Assembly (NCBI RefSeq): GCF_009914755.1
Contig: NC_060931.1
Reading direction: 5' to 3' (one strand)
Source of the DNA: the human T2T-CHM13v2.0 reference genome, Homo sapiens
Length of the DNA stretch: 64,000 nucleotides
In this document: piece by piece, positions 28,123-46,649 of the stretch
Layout: every line of letters starts with the position of its first letter
Numbering within the stretch: the first letter of the stretch is position 1
Program-made: the position numbers and the translations under genes
The notes under the pieces: generated by a model
What the model saw: only the letters and a program-made list of their open reading frames with translations
Databases searched by the model: none
What the model was told of the DNA's origin: nothing

Positions 28123-29177
28123 AATTCTGTGCTAACAGAATTAAAAAATTAAATCATATAACATGCTCAGTTAAAACCAAACAAAGCAGATAAAGAAAAG
28201 AAGATTTAAAAAAAACAAAGAACAAGTGTCCCAATAGAAAAGAGTAACAAACATGGCAGGTATTAACAGTATCAACGATCATTTCGAATGTGAATGATCT
28301 AAACACACCAATTAAAAGACGGTCAGGATGGATTAAAAAAACAAGACCCAATTATATGCTGTTTATAAGGAACCCACTTAAAATATAAACACACTTTGAA
28401 AGGAAAGGAAGAAAGCTAGACCACACTAAGCCCAAATAAAAGAACGGTGGAGCAGCTTGATCAATCTCAGGCAGAACAAGGAAACGATCAGGAATGAAAA
28501 ATGGCACTCCATTCCGATAAAAAGGTCATTTCTCCAAGAAGACATGACCGCCCTTAACATGCATCTACTTAACAACAGTGTCTCAAAATATGCGAGGAAA
28601 ACCTGAAAGAACTACAAGGAGAAATGGCTCAATTCACTGTTACAGTTGGAGGCTTCAACACCCTCTTATCAGAAACGGACAGATCCCGCAGGCAGAAAAT
28701 CAGTGAGGACACAGCAGAATTCAATAGCCCCATCAATCAACTGGGTCTAAATGACAATGACAGAACACTGCATCAACAGCAGAATATATATTCCTCTCAA
28801 ACTCATATGGAAAATTTACCTAGACAGACCACATTTGGGCCATAAAACACACCTAAAGAAATTAAAAAGAATATAAAGTATATAAAGTAAGCTCTCAGAC
28901 CACACTAAAATTAAACTGGAAATCAGTAACAGAAAGATAACTGAAAAATCCCAAGATATTTGGAGACTAAACAATCCACTTGTAAATAACGCATGGGTCA
29001 AAGAAGTCTCAAGAGAAGTTTAAGAATAGTTTGAACAAGAAAATGAAAATACAACCTATCAAAATTGTAGGATGAAACAAAAGCCATGCTTAGAGGAAAA
29101 TTTATAGCATTGAATGTAAATGTTAGAAAAAAAGAAGGATCTAAAATCAATCAACTAAGCTTCCCATTAGGAAACTA

Positions 29178-29627
<450 letters not shown>

Positions 29628-29891
29628 TTAAAATTCATAAATCTGTAGCCAGGTTAACCAACATTAAAAAAAAAAAATAAAAAAAAGGAAGACACAAATT
29701 ACTAACATCAGAAGTGAAAGAGGAGCCATCACTACTAATCCTATAGGCATCTAAAGGGTAATAAAGAAACATTATGAGCAACTCTACGCCCAGAAATTTG
29801 ATAACTTAGATGAAATGGACCAATTCCTTGAAAGACACGAACCACCAAAACTCACATGAGGAGGAAGAGATCACATGAATCGGTCTTTCTA

Positions 29892-30333
29892 GTGGCCTGC
29901 CCACCCCCAGCTCCCTTTCTCTTTCCTGACTGAGACACACAGAGGGCCTTCACCACCATGTGAGCCAGGCAGCTGCATACTTCCCCTGTGGGCTTGAGCA
30001 TTCCATTACTGCCTGAAACAGAAAGATCAGCATGTTGCTGTCACATAGAAATTGGCGGTGAGCCAATTTCCTTCAACTCCCATAGAAACTCCACAATGAG
30101 ACCCCTCCCTGTAGACATACTCAGGTCTTGCTGTGGTCACAAGGAAGCTGCTGCCCCCTCTGTAGGCAAGTTCCCCTAATAAACGCTTCAAATGATCACT
30201 CAGGGTTTAGTGCTTCTCTCTTTGGAATCCCAGCCAGCCCCATCTCAGGCGGGTTTGTGGCTATCCCTTGTGGGCACTTCCTACAGTCACTTTGGCGACG
30301 ACCCCAGCCCTGGGTTCAGCCAGAAAAAAAACA
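29892..30333 (+). mobile_element. LTR fragment (ERVL MER54/MER74-like) inserted in L1 ORF2
   Basis: GC-richer insert between contiguous L1 ORF2 pieces, with AATAAA (~30178), 'ctttggaatcccagccagccccatctc' and a terminal ...aaaaCA. Confidence 0.55.
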
Positions 30334-30779
30334 GGCTGTATCTATGAAAGAAATTAAGTTGATCACTAATAACCTCCCAAAAAGGAAAGCACCAGACCTA
30401 GATGGCTTCACTGATGAATTCTACCAACTACTTCAGTGAGAAATGATACCAATTCTCCAAAATCTCTTCCAGAGAATAGAAGCAAACTATTCTGTATGAC
30501 ACTGTAATGAGGGAAACATGATATTATGAACTTATCAAAATCCATAGAAAGACACCACACAAAGAGTAAACTTTAATGTAAACTATGGGCTTTGGTTAAA
30601 AATAATGTGTCAGTACTGGTTCATGAACTGTAACAAATATACCACAGTAATGTAAGACTTTAGTAACAGACAAAACTGTGCTGTGGAAAGAATCATATGA
30701 GAGCTCTATGCTGTCTTCTTAGTTTTTCTGTAAACCTTAAACTCTCCCGAAAACAAACTTTATTAATTAAAAAATTATA

Positions 30780-35120
<4,341 letters not shown>

Positions 35121-35859
35121 AAAGGCAGTAATTTTTTTTTTTAAACGGAACTCCATAATTTGAAGAGCTTGGCTGTGGTTGTAAGTCCCATTTACAAACA
35201 GCTCAGGGCAAACACACTCAGATGGAACCGTGAGCCCAACTCGGACTCCAGAGGCCTGGAGGCCTAACTTTCTGGCAGTGGGAGAGCAAGGGCGGTGGGA
35301 GTTGGTGGCAGGCGCAGGGCACTCTGCATGACACACCCAGGGCAGCAGAAGAGGAGGAGCCCAGCAAGTTTCTAGGCAAGAGAGTGATTGATAGAGGGTA
35401 ATTTGAGGTTGATGTGCGAGTTATGATTACAATGAAATGAGAGAGGGGAAAAGCTTCAGATGGAGCTGAAGAGAAGTAAAAATCCAAGGAACAGAAACAA
35501 GATCATCCCTAGCGCCCAGACACGAGTGCCAGGAGAAAGGTCTCTGGAAAGGGCAGATGCTGGCTGTCCCCTCCTACACAGTCCTGTGGACACCGGGCTC
35601 ACCACATTCAGGGAGCAGATGGAAATCGAGTCTTTGGCCCAAGCTGCTCCCCGTGTAATCCTAGCCTCATTTCTGCAGGGCACCCCTGGCTGGCAGAGAG
35701 TGCCCCAGAAACGCGGAACCCAGAGCTGTGTACAGGTGCATGTCCGCTACGCCCCGCCCCGCGCTCCACGGAAGGTCCACACACAGCCTGAGGAGGTTCC
35801 CCCAGCCCACAGTGACGCCCGGGGTGGAGGTCACAAAGTTTTCAGAGTCATCCAAACTC

Positions 35860-36072
35860 ATTACCTTGCTAACTGGGTAAAAAGTCCAGTTCAATGGATG
35901 GTGACTGAATTAGAGGGCGATTGTAACAGAATGCAATTCTACTATTAATAATTTCCGTATAGCAGCTCGAACAAAGCACTGACAAAGTGTCACCAAATGC
36001 ATTTCTTGCTTCACTTCTTTCATGAACAGATAAGGCTAATTCACTTGCTTACGCTAATTAGAGCCTGTTACA
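35860..36072. promoter_or_regulatory. Candidate conserved non-coding element
   Basis: AT-rich unique island with TATTAATAATTT, AACAAAG (SOX-like), TGACA, GCTAATTC and GCTAATTAG. Confidence 0.45.
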
Positions 36073-37699
36073 CGCGGGCCCCTGAACAGCCTTGATGTGC
36101 AGAGGCCCCTGGGTAAGCCAGGGCGCCAGTGACAGGTGGCCGGACCCCGCAGGAGTGGAACCTGCCCATCTGCGCTTGACGAAAATGCCTCCAAAACAAA
36201 CCAGACGCCGCCCCGGCAGAGGAAACTGAGAATGAGGAGAAACGGTCTCTTTTCCCGATGAAAGGGTTCTCTGTAATGGGCACCAATGACCAGGTTTTGA
36301 AGGGCAATACTGTGGGTCAGCGAGGGTTTCCGGGGCCCCGTGGGAGGCGCCCTGCTGTCAGACGCGTTTCTGTCCTCCTCAGCCCCCAACCTGCGCCTGG
36401 TGCTCTCGGCCAACCTTGCTCAGAGCTTGATGATACCACGTCTCTCCCTTGTTCCCATTCCATCCTCTCTGTTCTTCCTCATTTTTGCCTCAAGTTCCAC
36501 AAGTCTCATTACAAGGTTATCTTATCTGACCAATAAACCCGGTTTACTGTTGACAAAGCTCTATTTCTGCTGGGCGACTGGATTCGGAGGAGCCCCCAGG
36601 AGAAAAAACGGTCCCCAGCCTTCAGCAGCATCCTCCCTCCAGCAGCCAGCTGTGCATTCTCCATGAACTGCACCTACGCGAGCTCTCCTGAAGGCAGCAG
36701 GAGGCTGAACACCAGGCCGCTCAGAGAGGAGGCACGGGGTCCTCTCCCACTACTCACCCCTCTGCCTGCAGCTGCACCAGGCACACAGAGCACGCTCCCT
36801 TCCCTGCCCCACAGCTGTCTTGGGGTTACCCTCAGCCAGCTCCTCCTCTGGCTTCCTGCCGTCACACCCTCCCCACTGGCCTCCACCACCCACGTGTAGC
36901 TGTGGGGGAGGGGGAAAAGGGGCTGTTCTGGGCTCCCCACCAGCAAGCCTGGTTTTTACAATTTCAACCTCTGATAAAAAGCTCTACAACACCTATTGTA
37001 GGAAGGAGTGGAATCAATTATGATTTCCCGAGGCAATTTTACTTACATTTCACACTGCTCTATGACAAATTCCACTTCATTTGTGTTCGCTGTATAAATG
37101 CATTCCCCAGCATCCACCTGAACCAGCACCAGCCTTGTTACAGCAGCTGCTCACACCTGCGCTATGACGACGTGGGTGCCGTGCACATCTGGGAGGGCAC
37201 TGGGACCATCCTGACAGGAAGCCATACCCAAGCCACAGTGGCTGCAGACGGCCCCTCACCAGGGAGGAGGACGTGACCCTCGCAAGGTCTCGCCAGCATG
37301 CCTGACCCACGCGGATATGGGGCCATGGGCCTGAGACAGGCCCTGTGCCGCATGGCTCTATTTTGAGTGCAGTTTATTTGACAGGACAGGGAGAAAGGAG
37401 AGCAGGGCAACGTGGGAAACAGACAGCACAGTGGAGTCACGGCTCTGGGGCCACTACTCAGCCTGAGCAGTCAGACGGGTTCCTTTCCTCTCTAGGCCTC
37501 CAGCGTTCCTATCAGCAAAACAGGGAATTAGATGGACTTGGTCTTCTACAGTTCAAAAATCTTACAGTGCTGCAAAGTCTAGGTGGCTTTCTCCACCGAC
37601 GGGTAACAGGCAGGCAGCCAGTGCCCAGGGTGCCAGGCACACTCCGGGCCTTGTGCCAAGGAGTTTCCATGCATCAGCTCCCTGACCCCTCATTCATGC

Positions 37700-37870
37700 G
37701 GGACGCCCGGCCCCAGTCCCTGTCCAGTGCCTGGAACAGAACAGGTGCTCAGGAACTGTGTGTTCAATTAAAAAATGAACGAGTGAAACCATCAGCCAAT
37801 CAGTCCTCGGAACCACCTCCTGAGGCAGGCTGGAGTCCTCCCTTTCAGATGAGGACAAGGCTCCAGGGGA
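37700..37870. mobile_element. L2 3' end and MIR remnants
   Basis: 'cagtgcctggaacagaacaggtgctcaggaact...aatgaacgagtgaa' (L2 tail); 'cctttcagatgaggacaaggctc' (MIR). Confidence 0.55.
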
Positions 37871-39387
37871 AGGCGCGCGCCCCAGGTCTCCAGCCTCCGT
37901 GAAGCCGAGCCTGGGCTCTTGGCCATCATGCTAACGGGCAGGTGGGAAAGCGCTTGCCCAGCCCTGGGCTCTAATAGCTACCTAAAGCCCCCGGGCAGCA
38001 GTGACCCCACGAGTCCTGAAAAGATTTGGTGCACATCCATGGCCAGGGGCAGGCCATTACCCAAACAGCTCTGACATCAGGGTCCTTCCTCAACTGAAAG
38101 CTCATCTCAGCTGGGGAGAGCTGGCCTTGCCTTCGTCTCCTTCAGAGCTGTGCTGGGCTGAGTGGGGCCAGAAATCAGCATGAGGAGAATTCAAAACAAG
38201 ATGACTCGCCCATGGGAAGTACCTCCCACCAGGCTCGAGGGACCCTGTGCTGCTTCTGGCATTTTGAATTCGCGCCCAGGGCTGTGGGCTCCCACCAGGG
38301 TCAGGCCAGCTCCTAGCAAGTGGTGAGGGGGGTGGCGCCGGCCTGCTCTCCCAGAACTCAGCCTGGAGAGGGAGGCAGACGTGAGCACTGTAAGAACAGG
38401 CGAGGACAGGCAGGGCACTCAGGGAGCCCCACACCAGGAAGGAAGACCCACTCTGCACACAGGGAGAGTGTGCATGGGGCAGGGGGGCAAGGCGCCCCCG
38501 CAGAAGGACGTGGAGAGGGCACCAGCTGAGAAGACGCCCCCAGCCCACTGGTATCACGTGTCTACTGCCTTCTTGGGGTACAGCAGCGTGGGCTGAGGAC
38601 ACCCAGCTGACGCTGCCACTGACTGGCCATGATAAACAGACGCAGAACTCCGAGAGCTCACGCTCCCAGCCCAGCACCCCACTCATACACTCGCCAGCCA
38701 GGCACCACGTGCCAGGCCCTGTGCTGGCCAGGAGGTGGGCCCTTCGATCATCCCATTCTCACAGAGACAGCCCGGGTGCTGCAGGTGTGAGTAACGCACC
38801 CCGGGGGCACAGAACACCTGGGTGCGGAGCCCCAGTTTGAACCAGCCCAGATGACCCGGTCACCCCTGCCCTCGCCTGCTTCACTGCACTAGAACTAAAG
38901 GAAACAAGATGGATACTCCATGGAGCAAGGCCCTGAAAGGCTGTGGGCCCCGAAGCAGTGGAAGGAATGACAGAGAAAGACCAGCACGCTTCGCCACACC
39001 AACACCTCCGTGGGTCCCAAAACGCCACTTAAAAACACAAAAGGTAAAAGACAAACTGGGGAAAACGTGCCACAAATACATGAAAACCTTTTACAAATCA
39101 ATAGGAAAATCACTAACACGGTAATAGAAAACTGGGAAAAATCAACAATCAACAGAAGAAACGTAACTGACAAACACAAAATTCATTAAGACCCGTTCCT
39201 CACCTGGAGTGGCAAGAAGTAAAATGCTAACACTCAGCACGAGTGAGGCCATGAGGGCTGCACGCTACACCTGCTGGGACAGCAGTCACGGGCGCTTCTG
39301 GAAAACGAGTCAGCAAAACTGGCCAAGGGTCCTGAAGGTGTTCACACCCTTCCACTCAGTAACAATTGCCTAAAAAGTAATCAGACT

Positions 39388-39675
39388 GCGGTGGCTCACA
39401 CCTGCAATCCCAGCACTGTGAGAGGCCGAGGCAGGAGAATCACCTGAGACCAGCCTGGGCAACATAGTGAGACCCCATCTCTACAAAAAAAATTTTTTTT
39501 TAATTAGCCAGGCGGGGCGGCATGCACCTATAGTCCCAGCTACTGGGGAGGCTCAGGCAGGAGGATATATTGAGCCCTGGAGTTCAAGACTGCAGTGAGC
39601 CAAGATGGCGCCACCACATTGCAGCCTGGGCGACAGAGCAAGACCCTGTGTCTAAACAAATAAATAAATAACAAA
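39388..39675 (+). mobile_element. AluJ with a small left-arm deletion, within an old L1 fragment (~39030-39770)
   Basis: J-type 'cctgggcaacatagtgagacccc' and 'gagttcaagactgcagtgagc'; flanking aatcaga repeats. Confidence 0.9.
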
Positions 39676-39778
39676 TGAATCAGATATGGGGAAAGCACTG
39701 AGTCCAAGGATGTTGCACACATTAGCAATAATCATGAAAAAATTAAAAACAAAGCTAAATTTCCAATAAAGAGTCTCC

Positions 39779-40072
39779 TTTTTTTTTTTTTTGGAGACGG
39801 AGTCTCGCTGTCGCCCAGGCTGGAGTGCAATGGTGTGATCTAGGCTCACAGCAACCTTTGTCTCCCGGGTTCAAGCGATTCTCCTGCCTCAGCCTCCTGA
39901 GTAGGTGGGACTACAGGCACACACCACCACGCCCAGCTAATTTTTTGTATTTTAGTAGAGACGGGGTTTCACCGTGTTGCCCAGGCTGGTCCGAACTCCT
40001 GAGCTCAGGCAATCCACCCGTCTCAGCCTCCCAAAGTGCTAGGATTACAGGCATGAGCCACCGCAGCCGGCC
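39779..40072 (-). mobile_element. AluS
   Basis: Poly-T then full dimer ending ccggcc; flanking aagagt repeats. Confidence 0.94.
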
Positions 40073-40789
40073 AAGAGTTTACTTTTGGTATGTCTACACG
40101 AAGAAACATCGTACAGCCAAAAAAGATTTTATTTTCAAGGAATGCTTAATGGCACAGGCACTGGCTGCAATAAAATGTCACAAGTGCAGGAAGCACACAA
40201 GGCTGCCAGCTCTGCCACAGCAGTCCCCACACTCGGCTGCCTCCATGGCACCTGCGCACGTGGGTGTCCGTGAGTGCTTACTGGTTGGCTGATAGATTGG
40301 CTGAATGAATGAACAGGGGAGGAAAGGAGAGAAGGGAGACGTGGAGATGAAATGCATGCCATGTTCTTGGTGCTACCTCTGGGTGCAGGAGTCAAGGTCT
40401 TTTTCAATGGCCTCTTTATACTTTTTGATCAGTCCCCAAGCTTTGCACATGTCCAGTGTCACAGTCAAAGAGGGCTGCATGTTTTAAGAGTCCAGTGGTC
40501 AGAGCACTCACACCCATGTACTCCGCAGACCCAAACCTGAGGCCCAGCAGCACAGGGGGCCACAAGTCCACACTGGGGCTGGCCCCACAGAGGCGGGAGC
40601 TCAGGGAGGGACACAAACTCCACAGGGAAGCCAACAACAGATGCCTCATTTCTGAATAAAGAAATGCCAGACACGATGTGGGAGAAAAGGAAACCAGGCA
40701 GCCCAGAGGGGCCACATGACCCCACAGACAACCCCAGGGACACGCAGACCACACACAGCCCAAGGACACGCTGAGAAATGTAAACCGGA

Positions 40790-42102
40790 GTCCAGGCTCC
40801 CAGGCATGAGCGCGGGAGCGCTGACAAGTCGGGACAGAGCTGGGGTCCAGGCTCCCAGGCATGAGCGCAGGAGCACTGACAAGTCGGGACAGAGCTGGGG
40901 TCCAGGCTCCCAGGCATGAGCGCAGGAGCACTGACAAGTCGGGACAGAGCTGGGGTCCAGGCTCCCAGGCATGAGCGCGGGAGCACTGACAAGTCGGGAC
41001 AGAGCTGGGGTCCAGGCTCCCAGGCATGAGCGCGGGAGCACTGACAAGTCGGGACAGAGCTGGGGTCCAGGCTCCCAGGCATGAGCGCGGGAGCACTGAC
41101 AAGTCGGGACAGAGCTGGGGTCCAGGCTCCCAGGCATGAGCGCGGGAGCACTGACAAGTCGGGACAGAGCTGGGGTCCAGGCTCCCAGGCATGAGCGCGG
41201 GAGCACTGACAAGTCGGGACAGAGCTGGGGTCCAGGCTCCCAGGCATGAGCGCGGGAGCACTGACAAGTCGGGACAGAGCTGGGGTCCAGGCTCCCAGGC
41301 ATGAGCGCGGGAGCACTGACAAGTGGGGACAGAGCTGGGGTCCAGGCTCCCAGGCATGAGCGCGGGAGCACTGACAAGTCGGGACAGAGCTGGGGTCCAG
41401 GCTCCCAGGCATGAGCGCGGGAGCACTGACAAGTCGGGACAGAGCTGGGGTCCAGGCTCCCAGGCATGAGCGCGGGAGCACTGACAAGTCGGGACAGAGC
41501 TGGGGTCCAGGCTCCCAGGCATGAGCGCGGGAGCACTGACAAGTCGGGACAGAGCTGGGGTCCAGGCTCCCAGGCATGAGCGCGGGAGCACTGACAAGTC
41601 GGGACAGAGCTGGGGTCCAGGCTCCCAGGCATGAGCGCGGGAGCACTGACAAGTCGGGACAGAGCTGGGGTCCAGGCTCCCAGGCATGAGCGCGGGAGCA
41701 CTGACAAGTCGGGACAGAGCTGGGGTCCAGGCTCCCAGGCATGAGCGCGGGAGCACTGACAAGTCGGGACAGAGCTGGGGTCCAGGCTCCCAGGCATGAG
41801 CGCGGGAGCACTGACAAGTCGGGACAGAGCTGGGGTCCAGGCTCCCAGGCATGAGCGCGGGAGCACTGACAAGTCGGGACAGAGCTGGGGTCCAGGCTCC
41901 CAGGCATGAGCGCGGGAGCACTGACAAGTCGGGACAGAGCTGGGGTCCAGGCTCCCAGGCATGAGCGCGGGAGCACTGACAAGTCGGGACAGAGCTGGGG
42001 TCCAGGCTCCCAGGCATGAGCGCGGGAGCACTGACAAGTCGGGACAGAGCTGGGGTCCAGGCTCCCAGGCATGAGCGCAGGAGCGCTGACAAGTCAGGAC
42101 AG
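40790..42102. repeat. VNTR, 55 bp unit GGGACAGAGCTGGGGTCCAGGCTCCCAGGCATGAGCGCGGGAGCACTGACAAGTC, ~24 almost identical copies
   Basis: Exact 55-bp periodicity over ~1.3 kb; only a few variant positions. Confidence 0.98.
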
Positions 42103-42926
42103 GGGAGGACGATGCATTCCTGCGCCACCTCCGTGCGGGGAACCAGAGCTCCAGCCTGAATCCCTTAGGGTTGGCTCAGAGTCCTCTCTGGATGAAGTGT
42201 CTAGTCTGAGGAGGACAATCCATCCGGTCGTGAGTTTGGACTCTTCCTACACACAAAGGCCAATATATCAAAATTAAATCCCACGGAAGCCCAGGTTGTC
42301 ACTGGAGAGCATTCCCCAAGCTCCAGGCAGTGGTAAATCAGAGGCCTGAATCCACTGTGGGCCCTCTTTTGAACAGAAGACAAAAGGAAGAGCTTACCCC
42401 TAAAGGCAACCCAGCAACCCAGACGTGTGCCTGTCCCACCTCCCCAAGGCCAGGGCTCCTGATCAGAGGTGCTGTAAAGACTCAACAGCCCTGGCAGTAC
42501 AGGGAGCCCAAGCAGGTGTCGGAAATGACACTGGGTACCTAGAATCCTAAGAACTAAGCTGTCTACAGATGCAGACCAACCAGGTGGGAGGTGGTCAGCT
42601 AGATCCCACCAACGCCACTCATACCCACCAACGCGCACGAGGCACGCTCCGCCTCCTGAACACTCCTCCCAGGGCTCCTCCAGCACTCCTCCCACAGCTC
42701 CCCCCACAGCACAAGCTTCCGCGTGCCCACCCACGCGCAGAAGACCTCCACCTGCCGCATGCTCCTCCCACAGCTCCCCCCACAGCATGAGCTTCCACGC
42801 GCCCACGAAGGTGTCCAGCCATGCAGCAAACGTGGATCAGGCCCAGGTACACATCAGATCTCACCGGTTCCAGTGCCTTCTGCCACGTGGAAATTTCGGC
42901 TCCTTCTTTGTCTTCTTAATAGACTC

Positions 42927-43078
42927 TTCTTTTTTTTTTTTTTTTTTAGAACGGGTTTAGATTTAGAAGAATGGAGAAGATGGTAGAGACTTTTCACATA
43001 TTCCACACCCAGGTGCCCCACTGTTAACATCTTACACGAGCACAGTGTGCTGGCCACAATAAGGAGCCAGCATGGACC
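42927..43078 (-). mobile_element. L1MC-like 3' end fragment
   Basis: Poly-T then 'tttagatttagaag...agatggtagagac...tgttaacatcttaca'. Confidence 0.6.
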
Positions 43079-44537
<1,459 letters not shown>

Positions 44538-44542
44538 TAAGC

Positions 44543-46600
44543 TTTTTATTTTGATCCAATTACAGATTCACTTGGAGCTATAAAAAATAATACAGAGATC
44601 ACAAGTAGCATTCATCCAGTTCCTCCCAATAGCAACATCTGGCACAACTACAGCACAGTATCACAACCCGTATGCCGACAATGATACAGTCAAGATACAG
44701 CACATTTCATCACCACAAAAACCCCTCGGGTTGTCCGTTCACAGCCACGATTCCTCCTGTGCGTCTCCGTAACTCACGGCAGCCATCCACAGGCTGTCTA
44801 TCACTTCAGCCTTTTAATAACGTCATGCAAATGGGATCATGCAGCACACGACCTTCAGGGACTGGGCTCTTCGCTCCGCTAAACTCCCTGGAGATCTATT
44901 CAAGTATGTTTATCCACAGTGAATTCCTTCTTAGTCCTGAGTATTACTCTGTGTGACGGAGGCACTACCGTTGTTTAACCATCACCACCGAAGGACATCA
45001 GAATTCTTTCCAGTTTTTGGCCATTATGCAAAAGCTGCTAGGAAGAGTCCTCTGTCGGGTTTTGTCCGAACCTCGGTTTTATTTCACTGGAATCGACACC
45101 CAGGAATGCGACTGCTGGTCATATGGGAGCTGCAGTGCAGTTTTTAAGAAACCCTCGAGCTGGTTCCAGGGTGGCTGCACCCTGTCACTCTCCCATCAGC
45201 AAGGCACCAGAGATGGAGTTTCTCTACACACTGACTGGCATCTGATGGTGTCCGTTTCTGAACTTTGACAGGTGTGCAGTGACACCTCACTGTGGTTTTA
45301 ACTTGCATTTCCCTCATGACTAATGATGTTGAACATCTTTCCACGGGCTTAACTGTCATCTGTATATGTTATTTGGTAAAAAGGTCTGTCTATATCTTTT
45401 GCTTGTTTGCTAATTAGGTGTGTCTGTTTTGTTTTTCTATTACTGAGTTTTGAGAGTTTTCTCATCTATTACAGATAACAAATCGTCTTTGTCAGATATG
45501 AAGCTTGCAAATAGTTCCTCTTTATCTCTACCTTGTCTTTTCATCTCTTCACAGGAACTTTCACGGGGCAAAAATTTTAATCTTGATGGAGTCCAACTTC
45601 AGTTGACCCAAGCAGAAGGAACGAAATAATAAATATTAGAGCAAAAATAAGTGAAATAAAGAACACAAAAACAATAAAAGAAATCGGTCAAGCCTAAAGT
45701 TGGTTCTGTGAGAATAGCAACAGAATTGACAGAAACTTTTAGCTGGGCCAACCAAGGAAACAAGAAAGAGGGTGCAGATCACTGCAGTTGGGAGTGAAAG
45801 AGACACTAGCTGACCTTCCAGAGATAAAGGCTGTAAAGGAATACTACGAACAGCTGCATGCCGAAAATTAATAACGGAGGTGAAATGAACAAACTCCTGA
45901 AAAGACAAAAGCTACCAAAACTGACTCAAGAGAAACACAGACAACCTGAGTAGACCCACAGAACAGCAAAGACACTGGATTAGTTTTGAAGACGCTGCCT
46001 GCTGCCTCTGCGGCTCCATCTCAGCTCCTCCGGACCCTCCCAGATCCCCACAACTGGAATGCTGGATCTTGTGTTGTGGCCCCACCGGCACCGGGGACTT
46101 TGTTCCTTTTATTCCATCGTATTCCCAGGTCTCATCGGTGTCGGGAACTTTGCTCATTTTATTCCATCGTATTCTCTCTGCTGTTCAGAATGGGCAGATG
46201 GGCAGTTCCTATCGGTCCATCTCTGAGTTCACGAACGCGCTCCTGTCGCCTCCATTCTGCTGCTGACCTTATATCCATTAAGTTTTTCTTTCCATTATTG
46301 CTAGGCATTAACTACATTTTCTGTCTTCCCAGCTGCTATTTACCTAGTCCTTTGCTGGGGAGCGTCGGCATTTTGGGGATGTGCTTCCTTAGCTCCAAGT
46401 CTGGGATGAAAGAGGCAGACGAGGAAACCTGGGCAGCTCCCCGCCAGGCTGTTCCGAGGCCCAAGGCCCCTGGCCTCCATCCCGCAGAGGCTCACTATGC
46501 TCATTCCATAGATAATGTCCAGGACTCTTCATTATACTTAACAGAAGGATCAAAGAAAATGCGTCAACTCCATCTTCCTGCAAACAGAGGTGTTGGCTGC
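44543..46600 (-). mobile_element. Rearranged L1 (L1MC-like): 3' end on minus (44543-45600), inverted ORF2 piece on plus (45601-45990), ORF1/5' region on minus (46020-46600)
   Basis: Minus 3'UTR/ORF2 'gtggttttaacttgcatttccctcatgactaatgatgttgaacatcttt'; plus ORF2 'aaaggaatactacgaacagctgcatgcc...ctaccaaaactgactcaaga'; 5'-end-like 'ataatgtccagg...actccatcttcc'. Confidence 0.65.
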
Positions 46601-46649
46601 TCTTTGGAATCGCTCATTCAGCCAATGCTGATTTAAACCTTCTACGTGA

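Noticed and set aside
40790-42102. CRISPR-like array
   Set aside because: Units are head-to-tail with no unique spacers, there are no cas genes, and the context is primate DNA.
40416-42128. 463-570 aa ORFs as a bona fide gene
   Set aside because: Produced entirely by VNTR periodicity, with no promoter or known domain. Kept only as a hypothesis under findings.
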